DNA of 64,000 nt from Bacilli bacterium. GTDB taxonomy: Bacteria; Bacillota_I; Bacilli_A; RF39; UBA660. The stretch spans positions 54,488 to 118,487 of the forward strand of contig JAFRCD010000005.1 of assembly GCA_017404555.1 (NCBI GenBank). The letters are read 5' to 3'. Under the pieces are notes generated by a model that was not told the DNA's origin, ran no database searches, and saw only the letters and a program-made list of their open reading frames with translations. The translations under genes were made by a program, and so were the position numbers. Of this stretch, positions 9,099-21,485 are shown piece by piece (the stretch's first letter is position 1; each line of letters opens with the position of its first letter).

Positions 9099-10994
9099 AT
9101 GAAATATGATTCATCATCTATAAAAATCCTTGAAGGTTTAGAAGCTGTTCGGAAAAGACCAGGAATGTATATTGGTTCTACCGATAAAAGAGGATTACAT
9201 CATTTAGTATGGGAAATCGTTGATAATGCTGTTGATGAAGCTATCAATGGTTTTGGTGATTATATAAAAATAACAATTCATAATGACAAATCAGTTTCCG
9301 TAGAAGATCATGGTCGTGGTGTACCAACTGGTATGCATTCATCTGGTAGATCTACTCCTGAAGTTATTTATACTATTTTACATGCTGGTGGTAAATTTGA
9401 ATCAGATGGTTATAAAGTATCAGGAGGACTACATGGTGTTGGTTCTAGTGTTGTTAACGCCTTATCTGAATGGATGGAAGTAACTATTAAAAGAGATAAA
9501 GAAGAGCACTTTATTCGTTTCAAAGATGGAGGTAAAGTAGATATTCCTCTTAAAAAGATTGGAACTACTAATAGAACAGGTACGACTGTTCGTTTCATGC
9601 CTGATAAAGAAATCTTTTCCTCAATTAATTTCTCATATACTACTATTTGTGAGAGAATGCAAGAGTCTGCCTTCTTACTAAAAGGAATTACTATTGAAGT
9701 AGTTGATGAAGAAGATGATCGTAAAGCAGTATTTTGTTATAAAAGAGGAATTGAAGAATTTGTAGAAGATCTAAATAGAAACAAAAACCCTCTTCATAAA
9801 GTTTTGACTATGAACGGTTCTAAAGACAAAATTGAAGTAGATGTTGCAATGCAATATACTGATTCCTATAGTGAGAATATTGTATCCTTTGTCAACAATG
9901 TTAAGACTATTGATGGTGGTTCTCATGAAGTAGGTTTTAAGACAGCTTTAACTAAGGTATTTAATGAATATGCTCGTAGTCATGACTTCATTAAAGGAAA
10001 AGAAAAATCCCTTGAAGGAACTGATGTTAGAGAAGGTTTAACAGCTATTATATCTTTAAAAATACCTGAAGAAGCACTTCAATTTGAAGGACAGACTAAA
10101 GGTAAATTAGGTACACCAGCTGCTAAATCTATTACAGAAGCAATTGTCTCTGAGAATTTAAGAGTTTTCCTAGAAGAAAATAAAACTATTGCGACGGAAA
10201 TAATTAATAAAAGTTTAAAGAGTAAGATTGCTAGAGAAGCAGCTCGTAAAGCAAGAGAAGAAGCCCGTAAAGGAACAAAAAAGAATGTTAAAGAACGTGC
10301 TTTATCTGGTAAATTAACTCCTGCTCAATGCAAAGATAAAACTAAAAAAGAATTATTCTTAGTCGAAGGTGATTCTGCTGGTGGTTCGGCTAAACAGGGA
10401 AGAGATCGTAAATATCAAGCTATTCTTCCACTAAGAGGTAAAGTCTTAAATACTGAAAAGACTAAAGAAGCAGACATTTTTAAGAATGAAGAAATTAATA
10501 CTATTATTTATACTATTGGTGCTGGTTATGGTTCTAACTTCGACATCAAGGACTGCGAATATGCGAAAGTAATCATTATGAGTGATGCTGATGAAGATGG
10601 AGGTCATATTCAGTGTCTACTTCTAACATTCTTCTATCGCTATATGAAACCATTAATTGAAGATGGTAGACTTTTTGTGGCCTTGCCACCACTATTTAAG
10701 ATTCAAAGTGGTAAAGATATTGAGTATGCTTATACAGTAGAAGAAATGAAAGAGAAAAGTGCCGGTAAGAAATGTGATATCCAACGTTATAAAGGTTTAG
10801 GAGAAATGAATGCTGATCAGCTTTGTGAAACAACTATGAAACCTGGTAGTAGAACTTTAATTAGAGTTAATATTGAAGATGCTCAATTAGCTGAAAAAAG
10901 AGTTTCTATTCTTATGGGTGATGAAGTAGCGCCTCGTAAAGAATGGATTGAAGAAAATGTTGAATTCTCTTTAGAAGATGACTATAAGATATAG
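9099..10994 (+). CDS. parE: DNA topoisomerase IV subunit B
   Basis: EAVRKRPGMYIGS, LHAGGKF, EGDSAGG, RYKGLGEM; Firmicute ParE-type C-terminus; terminus location. Confidence 0.92.
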   Translation: MKYDSSSIKILEGLEAVRKRPGMYIGSTDKRGLHHLVWEIVDNAVDEAINGFGDYIKITIHNDKSVSVEDHGRGVPTGMHSSGRSTPEVIYTILHAGGKFESDGYKVSGGLHGVGSSVVNALSEWMEVTIKRDKEEHFIRFKDGGKVDIPLKKIGTTNRTGTTVRFMPDKEIFSSINFSYTTICERMQESAFLLKGITIEVVDEEDDRKAVFCYKRGIEEFVEDLNRNKNPLHKVLTMNGSKDKIEVDVAMQYTDSYSENIVSFVNNVKTIDGGSHEVGFKTALTKVFNEYARSHDFIKGKEKSLEGTDVREGLTAIISLKIPEEALQFEGQTKGKLGTPAAKSITEAIVSENLRVFLEENKTIATEIINKSLKSKIAREAARKAREEARKGTKKNVKERALSGKLTPAQCKDKTKKELFLVEGDSAGGSAKQGRDRKYQAILPLRGKVLNTEKTKEADIFKNEEINTIIYTIGAGYGSNFDIKDCEYAKVIIMSDADEDGGHIQCLLLTFFYRYMKPLIEDGRLFVALPPLFKIQSGKDIEYAYTVEEMKEKSAGKKCDIQRYKGLGEMNADQLCETTMKPGSRTLIRVNIEDAQLAEKRVSILMGDEVAPRKEWIEENVEFSLEDDYKI

Positions 10995-11005
10995 AAGGTG
11001 AAGAT

Positions 11006-13582
11006 ATGCCTAAAGATGAAACTAAAAAAGTAATTGAAAAAATATTTGACTATACGCTCGAAGATATTATGGGAGAGCGTTTTGGTAGTTATTCAAAATA
11101 TATTATTCAAGATCGAGCTATTCCAGATGCTAGGGATGGACTAAAACCAGTTCAAAGAAGAATATTATATTCAATGCATAAAGAACACAATACTCATGAT
11201 AAAGGTTATCGTAAGAGTGCAAAAACAGTAGGAGATGTAATTGGTAACTATCATCCTCATGGTGATACATCTATTTATGATGCTATGGTTCGAATGAGTC
11301 AAGATTGGAAAACAAGAGATCCTTATATCGATATGCATGGTAATAATGGTTCTATTGATGGAGATAGTCCTGCTGCTTATCGTTATACTGAAGCTAGACT
11401 TTCTAAAATTGCCAGTGAACTATTCAAAGATATTGATCGAGACACTGTTGAATTTGCACCTAACTTTGATGATACTACTAAAGAACCAACTGTCCTACCA
11501 GCTCGTTTTCCAGCCCTTTTAGTTTATGGTGCTCAAGGTATTTCTGCTGGTTATGCGACAAATATTCCTCCTCATAATTTGAGTGAGGTAATAGATGCAG
11601 CTATTCACAGAATTGATAGTCCTAATTGTACTCTAGATACTTTAATGAAATATGTTAAGGGACCAGACTTCCCAACTGGTGCGATTGTTGAAGGATTAGA
11701 TGGTATTAAAAGTGCTTATGAAACTGGTAAAGGTCGTATTATTATTAAGAGTAAATACGAATATAACAAGAAGACTAATCAAATTATTATTACAGAAATA
11801 CCATTTGAAGTTAATAAAGCCAATTTAGTTAAAAAAATAGATGATATTCGTCTAGACAAGAAAATAGATGGTATCAGTGAAATTCGCGATGAATCAGATA
11901 AAGATATTCGTATTGTAATTGATCTTAAAAAAAGTGCTAGAGAAGAACTAGTTATTAACTATTTACTAAAAAATACTGATATGCAAATTAGTTATAATTT
12001 CAATATGGTAACTATTGTTAATAGAAGACCTAAATTAATAGGTCTTAAAGGGGCCTTAGATGCCTTTATAACTCATCAAAAAGAAGTTGTGACTAGAAGA
12101 ACAGAATTTGATTTAAGACACGCTAAAGAGCGTTTCCATATCGTTGAAGGACTTGTTAAGTGTTTATCTATTCTAGATGTAGTAATAAAAGTAATTAGAG
12201 CTAGTAAAAATAAAGCTGATGCCAAAGCAAATTTAGTAAAAGAGTTTGATTTCAGTGAAGCTCAAGCAGAAGCAATTGTTACTTTACAATTATATCGTCT
12301 CACTAATACAGATGTTGTTCTATTAGAAGAAGAATTAGCTAATCTAAAAAAGATCATTGCTGAATTAGAAGAAATACTTAATAACGAAGAATCTTTGAAA
12401 AATGTCATGAAAAATGATTTAAGAAGAGTTAAAAAGGAATATGGTAAAGAGAGATTAACTGAAATAAAGAGTGAAGTAACTGAAATTAAAATAGATGAAA
12501 AGATGATGATTCCAAGTGAAGAAATAGTTGTCTTACTTACTAATGATGGTTATATTAAGAGAAGTTCATATCGTAGTTACAAAGCTACTGATGATGATCC
12601 TGTCTTAAAAGAAAATGATTATATTCATAATTTAATAAAGATGAATACTAAAGATACTTTACTTGTCTTTACATCATTAGGTAACTACTTATTTATTCCT
12701 GCTCATACCATTTTTGATCTTAAATGGAAAGATATGCCTAAACATATCAGTAACTTAATTGAAATAAAAGAAGATGAAACAGTAGTAAATGCCATCCCGG
12801 TTAAGAAGTTTACTGATGATAAAAATATTATTATTGCTTCTCGTGATGGTATGATTAAAAAAACTAGTTTAAAAGAATTTGAAGTTAGTAGATATTCTAA
12901 ACCAATTACTTGTATGAAATTAAAAGACAATGATCAAGTAATCAATGCCTATATTGAAGAAAAAGATAAAGTATTTGTCTCTACTGATAGTGGTTATGGT
13001 TTATCATTTAAAGCTTCAGAAATACCTTTAGTAGGTCTAAAAACAGCAGGCGTTAAGTCAATTAAACTAAAAGGTGATCATGTAGCTTGTGTCAATAGTT
13101 TCAATGATAACGATGAATTCTTAACTGTTATTACTGATAAAGCAACTACTAAGAGAATTAGATTATCAGAGTTTGAATTATCTACTAGAGCAAGACGTGG
13201 TCTTCTAATAATTAGAGAAGTTAAGACTAATCCCTATAAAGTATTAAAAACATTTATTGTTGAGAATAATGTTAATATTGGTCTTAAGAATAAAACTATT
13301 AATCTTTATAAAGTAACTGAATTCCCAATATTAGATCGTTATTCTACTGGTAAAGAGATTGAAAAAACTAAACTTACGGATGCTTTTATAGAGGCAACTC
13401 TAAAAGAGAAAAAAGATATTATCACTATTGAAGATATGAATGAAGAACCAAAAGAAGAAGTAAAGGAAGAAAAGGAAGTAGTTAAAAAAGAACCACCTAA
13501 AGAAAAGAAACCTAAAAAGGAAAGAATATCATTAAAAGAAATTGATGATCGACTACTTACTATTGATGACTTCTTAGATTAA
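11006..13582 (+). CDS. parC: DNA topoisomerase IV subunit A
   Basis: YSKYIIQDRAIPDARDGLKPVQRR, KSAKTVG, YHPHGD, AAYRYTEARL. Confidence 0.93.
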   Translation: MPKDETKKVIEKIFDYTLEDIMGERFGSYSKYIIQDRAIPDARDGLKPVQRRILYSMHKEHNTHDKGYRKSAKTVGDVIGNYHPHGDTSIYDAMVRMSQDWKTRDPYIDMHGNNGSIDGDSPAAYRYTEARLSKIASELFKDIDRDTVEFAPNFDDTTKEPTVLPARFPALLVYGAQGISAGYATNIPPHNLSEVIDAAIHRIDSPNCTLDTLMKYVKGPDFPTGAIVEGLDGIKSAYETGKGRIIIKSKYEYNKKTNQIIITEIPFEVNKANLVKKIDDIRLDKKIDGISEIRDESDKDIRIVIDLKKSAREELVINYLLKNTDMQISYNFNMVTIVNRRPKLIGLKGALDAFITHQKEVVTRRTEFDLRHAKERFHIVEGLVKCLSILDVVIKVIRASKNKADAKANLVKEFDFSEAQAEAIVTLQLYRLTNTDVVLLEEELANLKKIIAELEEILNNEESLKNVMKNDLRRVKKEYGKERLTEIKSEVTEIKIDEKMMIPSEEIVVLLTNDGYIKRSSYRSYKATDDDPVLKENDYIHNLIKMNTKDTLLVFTSLGNYLFIPAHTIFDLKWKDMPKHISNLIEIKEDETVVNAIPVKKFTDDKNIIIASRDGMIKKTSLKEFEVSRYSKPITCMKLKDNDQVINAYIEEKDKVFVSTDSGYGLSFKASEIPLVGLKTAGVKSIKLKGDHVACVNSFNDNDEFLTVITDKATTKRIRLSEFELSTRARRGLLIIREVKTNPYKVLKTFIVENNVNIGLKNKTINLYKVTEFPILDRYSTGKEIEKTKLTDAFIEATLKEKKDIITIEDMNEEPKEEVKEEKEVVKKEPPKEKKPKKERISLKEIDDRLLTIDDFLD

Positions 13583-13637
13583 AAAAGAAAATGTCGTATT
13601 TTCTTTTTTTTTTACATATAAATTAGTAGGTGATAAT

Positions 13638-13973
13638 ATGTCTAAAGATTCTTTCAAAGTCTTTGTCAGAAAACATCCAGAACTAGCTGATGCAACCTTA
13701 AATAATACAACTACTTGGCAAAAACTATATGAATTATACGAAATGTATGGGGAAAATAGTAGTGTCTGGGATAAATACTTTAAAACTAATAATGTCACAA
13801 CTTCATTTACTAATTTTATTGATACTATAAAAGGTGTTGACATAAATACTGTTCAAAAAGGAATTGACAATATTCAAAAAACTATTGGCTTACTACAAGA
13901 TATTGGTTTAGGAGCCACCGCTACTCCTAAAATATATGAACCAAGGCCGTTATATAAGTATTTTGATGACTAA
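13638..13973 (+). CDS. ylbD: YlbD family spore coat protein
   Basis: FKVFVRKHPEL..TWQKLYELY..GE...WDKY motif; ylbD-E-F-rsmD synteny. Confidence 0.8.
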   Translation: MSKDSFKVFVRKHPELADATLNNTTTWQKLYELYEMYGENSSVWDKYFKTNNVTTSFTNFIDTIKGVDINTVQKGIDNIQKTIGLLQDIGLGATATPKIYEPRPLYKYFDD

Positions 13974-14194
13974 TGAATGTATATGTCCAGATGAAAATTA
14001 GAAGTAATCCTTATTTATATAGATATCTAAGAGAAAACTCTTATTGGTATAAATATTTAAATAGAAATCCCGCAAGCATTATAAAAATGGAAGAGGAAAT
14101 GAAGGAAAAATATTATTTAACCTTAGATTCTAAAATAGAAGATTTAAGTAAAAAAGTAAATATGATTTCGTCTTTTCTAGATGTAATTAAGTAG
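13973..14194 (+). CDS. ylbE: YlbE-like protein
   Basis: YLRENSYWYKYLNRNP motif; follows ylbD. Confidence 0.8.
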   Translation: MNVYVQMKIRSNPYLYRYLRENSYWYKYLNRNPASIIKMEEEMKEKYYLTLDSKIEDLSKKVNMISSFLDVIK

Positions 14195-14225
14195 ATTATA
14201 TGATATTATTATATTGGTGATATCT

Positions 14226-14492
14226 ATGGAAGAAAAAGTAGATAAATTAATTAAAAGTATTGATGAAAGTAATACTGTAAAAGATATTAAAGAAAGTATT
14301 AAAGCTATAAAAGAAAACCACGAACTAATGGATAAACTTACAAAATATAATGAGACCTATGATGAAAGCCTAAAACAAGAGGTATTAGAATATCCGGAAA
14401 TGATTAATTATCGTCATAATGAGAATGAACTTAATTATCTAATTTTAGAAATAAATAAAAGATTGAAGGAAATAACCAATGAAAGTAATTAG
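14226..14492 (+). CDS. ylbF: YlbF/YmcA (Com_YlbF) family regulator, short
   Basis: Helical protein ending YRHNENELNYLILEIN; position in the ylb cluster. Confidence 0.55.
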   Translation: MEEKVDKLIKSIDESNTVKDIKESIKAIKENHELMDKLTKYNETYDESLKQEVLEYPEMINYRHNENELNYLILEINKRLKEITNESN

Positions 14493-15015
14493 TGGTAAAT
14501 ATAAGGGAAGAAAACTATTAGGATTTAATATTGATGGTACTAGACCAACCATGGATAGAGTAAAAGAAAGTCTTTTTGCGATGATTCAAGATTATTTAGC
14601 TGAAGCAACCATCTTAGATTTATTTTGTGGTTCTGGAGCATTAGGTATTGAAGCTCTATCTCAAAATAGTAAATACGCATATTTTATTGATAAAAATCCT
14701 AAAGCAATAAATATAGTAAAGAAAAACATTGAAACTTTAGATATTACCAATGCTGAAGTAATAAGAAATGATTATCTAAAATTTTTAGAAAGTACAACTA
14801 ATACCTTTGATGTAATCTTTTTAGATCCTCCATACAAAACAGATTTCATTTCCAAAACACTAAATATAATAGAAAAAAGAAACCTTTTAAACGATAAGGG
14901 TATTATTGTATGTGAAACAGATCAATTAAATAAAGTAAATAACAATAATTTTACTAGTATTAAAGAAAAGAAATATGGTGATAAATATATTGTTATTTTA
15001 AAAAAAATAGTGTAA
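14479..15015 (+). CDS. rsmD: 16S rRNA m2G966 methyltransferase
   Basis: MKVISGKYKGRKL, RPTMDRVKESLF, LDLFCGSGALG, DPPY. Confidence 0.95.
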   Translation: MKVISGKYKGRKLLGFNIDGTRPTMDRVKESLFAMIQDYLAEATILDLFCGSGALGIEALSQNSKYAYFIDKNPKAINIVKKNIETLDITNAEVIRNDYLKFLESTTNTFDVIFLDPPYKTDFISKTLNIIEKRNLLNDKGIIVCETDQLNKVNNNNFTSIKEKKYGDKYIVILKKIV

Positions 15016-15033
15016 TATATAATTGGTGATAAT

Positions 15034-16155
15034 ATGAAAAGAATAAATAATAAGGGCTTTGCTATTTCAACTATTATTTACGGTACTTTAATTATGGCTG
15101 TAATGATAGTTATGATTTTATTATCAACCATGTCTTTTTCCAACAAAAGTACTAAAGACCTTGTAAAAGAAATTGAAGAAGACTTAAATTCCACAGCAAT
15201 ATTTGATACAGGTGAAAATGTTAACCAAAAAATGAAAAAGCTAGCTAATCCTGGCGCTAGTGATGTTACTAAAGATTTTGCAGATACCAAAATCAAAGCC
15301 ATAAAAGGCGCTACTACTTTGCCAAGTGGTTTTACTCCAGCAGCAGATAACAACGTATCAATAACACCTAAAAAACCAATATATATCTGGTTTGATAGTA
15401 CAGACGAAACAATATATTTTCATTCTGATGCTGTTACATTGTATTTAAATGCCAATAGTAATTATATGTTCATGGAACTTCAATCCTTAACAGACATATC
15501 CTTTTTATCATCTGTTGATACTTCAGGAGTAACTCGTATGCAAAATATGTTTAAATCTTGTAAATCAGTGACTAACATAGATGCATTAACTTCATGGAAC
15601 ACCATAAATGTAACCAACATGCGAGGTATGTTTTATGGCTGTAAAGATCTAACGAATATAAATGGTGCTAGTAATTGGAACACTTCAAATGCTGCAGATA
15701 TGAGTGCTATATTTCAAGAGTGTAGTTCCTTAACTAATATAAATGGTGCTAGTAATTGGGACACCTCTAGCGCAACCAGTATGTATGCTATATTTTACTA
15801 TTGTAGCGCTCTAACAAACATTAATGCATTAAGTAATTGGGATACTTCCAAGGTAACTGACATGCGTCGTATGTTCCAGCGATGCACCTTGTTAGAAAGC
15901 ATAAATGGTGCTAGTAATTGGGATACTTCCAAAGTAACAGAAATAGATTATATGTTCTACTATTGTCCGAAGGCATCAGGAACAATAAAAATATTAAGTA
16001 ATCCAACAACATATACTGATGCCTTTGCTAATGCTGCTACCGACTCTGGTGCCCAAATAACTGTAAACTATAGAAATAACACAACTAATATAGATAATAT
16101 TATTGCTACAAAATCAGAAAACTCTAATGTTCAAAAGGGCACTTTAATAAGTTAA
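15034..16155 (+). CDS. Prepilin-like N-terminus fused to a DUF285/BspA-like repeat domain
   Basis: NNKG|FAIST plus hydrophobic helix (no Glu at +5); about six 27-aa repeats of type SNWDTSKVTDMxxMFxxCxxLxxI. Confidence 0.75.
   Translation: MKRINNKGFAISTIIYGTLIMAVMIVMILLSTMSFSNKSTKDLVKEIEEDLNSTAIFDTGENVNQKMKKLANPGASDVTKDFADTKIKAIKGATTLPSGFTPAADNNVSITPKKPIYIWFDSTDETIYFHSDAVTLYLNANSNYMFMELQSLTDISFLSSVDTSGVTRMQNMFKSCKSVTNIDALTSWNTINVTNMRGMFYGCKDLTNINGASNWNTSNAADMSAIFQECSSLTNINGASNWDTSSATSMYAIFYYCSALTNINALSNWDTSKVTDMRRMFQRCTLLESINGASNWDTSKVTEIDYMFYYCPKASGTIKILSNPTTYTDAFANAATDSGAQITVNYRNNTTNIDNIIATKSENSNVQKGTLIS
15496..15981 (+). repeat. Intragenic 81-bp tandem repeats (DUF285-type LRR), approximate limits
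   Basis: ATAAATGGTGCTAGTAATTGG recurs at 15658, 15739 and 15901, with a variant at 15820; period 81 bp. Confidence 0.85.
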
Positions 16156-16183
16156 AAAGATAGTTTTAAAGACTATCTTTTTT
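16154..16183 (+). terminator. Rho-independent terminator
   Basis: AAAAAGATAGT-N7-ACTATCTTTTT hairpin. Confidence 0.75.
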
Positions 16184-16196
16184 ATTTGACACTTTT

Positions 16197-16269
16197 TTAG
16201 CAATTTATATTGACAAGTGCTAATTATAGGTATATATTATTATTAGCACTCATATACTAATAGTGCTAG
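16197..16269 (+). promoter_or_regulatory. Two CIRCE operators and sigmaA promoter of the hrcA-dnaK operon
   Basis: TTAGCAATT-N9-AAGTGCTAA (16197-16223) and TTAGCACTC-N9-TAGTGCTAG (16243-16269); TTGACA(16210)-N17-TATATT(16233). Confidence 0.9.
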
Positions 16270-16280
16270 GAGGCGATGTA

Positions 16281-17279
16281 ATGTTAACTAGTAGACAAAG
16301 TAAAATACTTAAACTAATAGTTGAACAGTATGTGAAATTAGCTAAGCCAGTGAGCTCTAATTTAATATGCAAAACACTTAAGTGTTCATCGGCTACTGTT
16401 AGAAATGAAATGGCTACTCTTGAAGAATTAGGTCTTTTAGAGAAGACTCATACTTCATCTGGTAGAATACCTTCTGAAAAAGGTTACCGTTATTATGTCG
16501 ATAACTTAATGGAACTTAAAGAAATGAATGCTGAAGATATGTTGAAACTACAAATTATCTTTAAGAACCAAGAAATGGAACTATCAGATGCTATTAATAA
16601 GAGTCTCCAAGTAATTTCTGATATGACTAGTTATGCTACAGTAATACTTGGGTCTTCATCACATGAGAATCTACTTAAAAAAATAGAAGTGGTTCCCGTT
16701 GATGACGAAAGTATGATTTGTTTAGTAGTAACTGATAAAGGTCATGTTGAACACAAACAAATTAAACTGGAAAATGTCGATCAAATCGAGATCAAGAAAA
16801 CAGTTGAATTGATTAATAACTTGATAGTAGGAACACCTATTGATGAAGTATCAACTAAACTGGAGTATGAAATTAAACCAATTATCGGAAAATATGTCAA
16901 ACAACATGAACAACTATATAATGCCTTCTATCATGTCTTTTCAGATATTGCTTCCGAAAATATCAATGTTCAAGGTAAAAACAAATTCTTAACTCAACCT
17001 GAGTTTAGTAACATTGATAAAATCAAAGAAGTATTTGAAAAACTAGATGATAAAGAAGTATTGAATGACATTAAAGAAGATGCGGACAACAATATTAAAG
17101 TCTATATTGGTAAAGAAAACAATGTAGATGATGATTGTACGGTCGTTAAAACAAAATATAGTGTAGGAGATGATGAAGCAACAATTGCTGTCATCGGTCC
17201 TAAAAGAATGGAATATGATCGAGTTGTAAACATCTTAAAATATATTAAAGAAAATATTGAGAAAGATAATGAGGAATAA
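16281..17279 (+). CDS. hrcA: Heat-inducible transcription repressor HrcA
   Basis: SSATVRNEM, HTSSGRIPS, IGPKRM; CIRCE boxes upstream. Confidence 0.96.
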   Translation: MLTSRQSKILKLIVEQYVKLAKPVSSNLICKTLKCSSATVRNEMATLEELGLLEKTHTSSGRIPSEKGYRYYVDNLMELKEMNAEDMLKLQIIFKNQEMELSDAINKSLQVISDMTSYATVILGSSSHENLLKKIEVVPVDDESMICLVVTDKGHVEHKQIKLENVDQIEIKKTVELINNLIVGTPIDEVSTKLEYEIKPIIGKYVKQHEQLYNAFYHVFSDIASENINVQGKNKFLTQPEFSNIDKIKEVFEKLDDKEVLNDIKEDADNNIKVYIGKENNVDDDCTVVKTKYSVGDDEATIAVIGPKRMEYDRVVNILKYIKENIEKDNEE

Positions 17280-17280
17280 T

Positions 17281-19637
<2,357 letters not shown>

Positions 19638-19639
<2 letters not shown>

Positions 19640-19661
19640 TTCTAGATAACTAGAACTTTTT
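19638..19661 (+). terminator. Hairpin/terminator after dnaK
   Basis: AGTTCTAG-ATAA-CTAGAACT-TTTT. Confidence 0.65.
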
Positions 19662-19679
19662 CTTGGATTAGGAGAGATC

Positions 19680-21485
19680 ATGGAAAAATATAAAGATAGA
19701 AAAGATGTACCAACTAAATACAAATGGGATTTAACTGATTATTTTAAGAATGAAAAAGAGTTTCAAGAGACATATGATAAAACTCTTAAACTAGTAAATA
19801 CCTTAATTAAATACAAAGGTAGTCTTAATAATGGTGAAAAACTTTATGAATTCCTAGAAAAAGATAGTGAAATAAGTGCTATAGTAGAACGTCTTTATAT
19901 ATATGCCTATCTAATAAATGATCAAGAACTAGGTATCAGTAAAAATATTAGTAGAAAAAGTAAATGTGAAGAATTAATTACTCTTTATAGTATTAATACA
20001 GCTTTTTTTGCTCCTGAGTTATTACAATTAGATAAGAAGAAATATAAAGAATTATTCAAAAATAAAGGCCTTAATAAATATAAAGTATTATTAGATGATA
20101 TCTATAAGAATAAAGATCATATTCTATCTGAAAAAGAAGAAAATATTATTGCGGAACTTAATAATGCAACTAACCACTTTGATGATTTTTCATCTAATAT
20201 GTTAAATAGAGAACATAACTATGGAGAAATTACTATTAATGGTAAAAAGGAAGTTATTACTACTACTAATGTCCGTAAATTACTTAAAAACGATGATCGT
20301 AAAATAAGAAAAGAAGTATGGAATAAGTATTATAGTACTATTGATAATTATGCTATTTCTTCTGCTAGCTTTCTAAATGGATATGTTAAAACTAATCTTA
20401 CTAATGCTAAACTACATAACTTTAAAAATGCCTGGGAAGCTAAACTATTTAACTTAGATATGAAAAAAGAAGCTTATGATGCTTTGGTAAATAATACTTT
20501 GAAAAATGTTGATAAACTACAAAAGTACTTTAGACTATTTAGAAAAACTAAAAAACTAGATAAACTATACCAATATGATTTAAATTTAGAATTAGCTGAT
20601 AGTACAAAAGAGTATTCAATTGAAGAAGCTCAAAATATATGCCTTGAAGCTATTAAACCTCTAGGAAAAGAGTATATAGAGGCCTTTAGAAAGATATTTA
20701 CTAATCGTTATATTGATTATGCTGAATATAAAGGAAAACAGTCAGGAGGGTATTCTTTTGCCCCTACAGACCGTGATTCCAGAATACTTATGAGTTATAA
20801 CTATGATTTAACATCAGTAAGTACTATTATTCATGAAGGAGGACATAATGTTCATCACCAATTTGTATCAAAAAATAATCCCTATCACTATCGTGATGTA
20901 TCAAACTTAGTAGCTGAAGTAGCATCCCTTACCAATGAATGCTTACTTTCATCATATTTATCAGAAAATGGTACAACTAAAGAAGAAAAATTAGCTGGTA
21001 TTTCTAATATATTAGGTGTTTTCATCTCCAATATGTATGGAGCAGTAAGAGAAGGTACTATTGAAAGAAAATTCTATGATTATGTAGAACAAGATAATAC
21101 TATTAGTAAAGAATATATGAATGATTTAGTAAATAAATCATTAAAAACATACTATGGTAAAGAAGTTATCTTAGATGAATATTCTCCATTATCATGGACA
21201 ACTAGAAGTCACTATTATATGAATTATTATTTATATAATTATGCATTCTGTATCGCCGTAGCGTCTTCTGTTGCAAAAGAAATATTAAATGGAAACCAAG
21301 ATATGTTAAAGAACTATCTTAAGTTCTTAACTCTTGGTAGTGATATAAAACCTCTAAAAGCATTTAAAGTACTTGGTATTGATCTTACTAAGGATGAAAC
21401 ATATAAAAATGCCTATCAATATTTTGATTCCATGCTAGATAAATTTATGACAATAAGTAAAGAAGGTGAAGGAAGTGGCCAGTAA
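19680..21485 (+). CDS. pepF: Oligoendopeptidase F (peptidase M3B)
   Basis: KYKWDLTD, GKQSGGY, HEGGH zinc motif, AEVASLTNE. Confidence 0.92.
   Translation: MEKYKDRKDVPTKYKWDLTDYFKNEKEFQETYDKTLKLVNTLIKYKGSLNNGEKLYEFLEKDSEISAIVERLYIYAYLINDQELGISKNISRKSKCEELITLYSINTAFFAPELLQLDKKKYKELFKNKGLNKYKVLLDDIYKNKDHILSEKEENIIAELNNATNHFDDFSSNMLNREHNYGEITINGKKEVITTTNVRKLLKNDDRKIRKEVWNKYYSTIDNYAISSASFLNGYVKTNLTNAKLHNFKNAWEAKLFNLDMKKEAYDALVNNTLKNVDKLQKYFRLFRKTKKLDKLYQYDLNLELADSTKEYSIEEAQNICLEAIKPLGKEYIEAFRKIFTNRYIDYAEYKGKQSGGYSFAPTDRDSRILMSYNYDLTSVSTIIHEGGHNVHHQFVSKNNPYHYRDVSNLVAEVASLTNECLLSSYLSENGTTKEEKLAGISNILGVFISNMYGAVREGTIERKFYDYVEQDNTISKEYMNDLVNKSLKTYYGKEVILDEYSPLSWTTRSHYYMNYYLYNYAFCIAVASSVAKEILNGNQDMLKNYLKFLTLGSDIKPLKAFKVLGIDLTKDETYKNAYQYFDSMLDKFMTISKEGEGSGQ

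Noticed and set aside
9099-13582. gyrB-gyrA rather than parE-parC
   Set aside because: The YSKYIIQDRA and KSAKTVG motifs, the lack of a recognisable GyrA box and the terminus location favour topoisomerase IV.
13604-13613. T10 tract before ylbD as a phase-variable promoter spacer
   Set aside because: It is adequately explained as the T-tract of the parC terminator; there is no evidence of length variation.
15496-15981. Regularly spaced repeats as a CRISPR array or DGR target
   Set aside because: The repeats are in-frame 81-bp protein repeats; there are no cas genes, reverse transcriptase or template repeat in the window.
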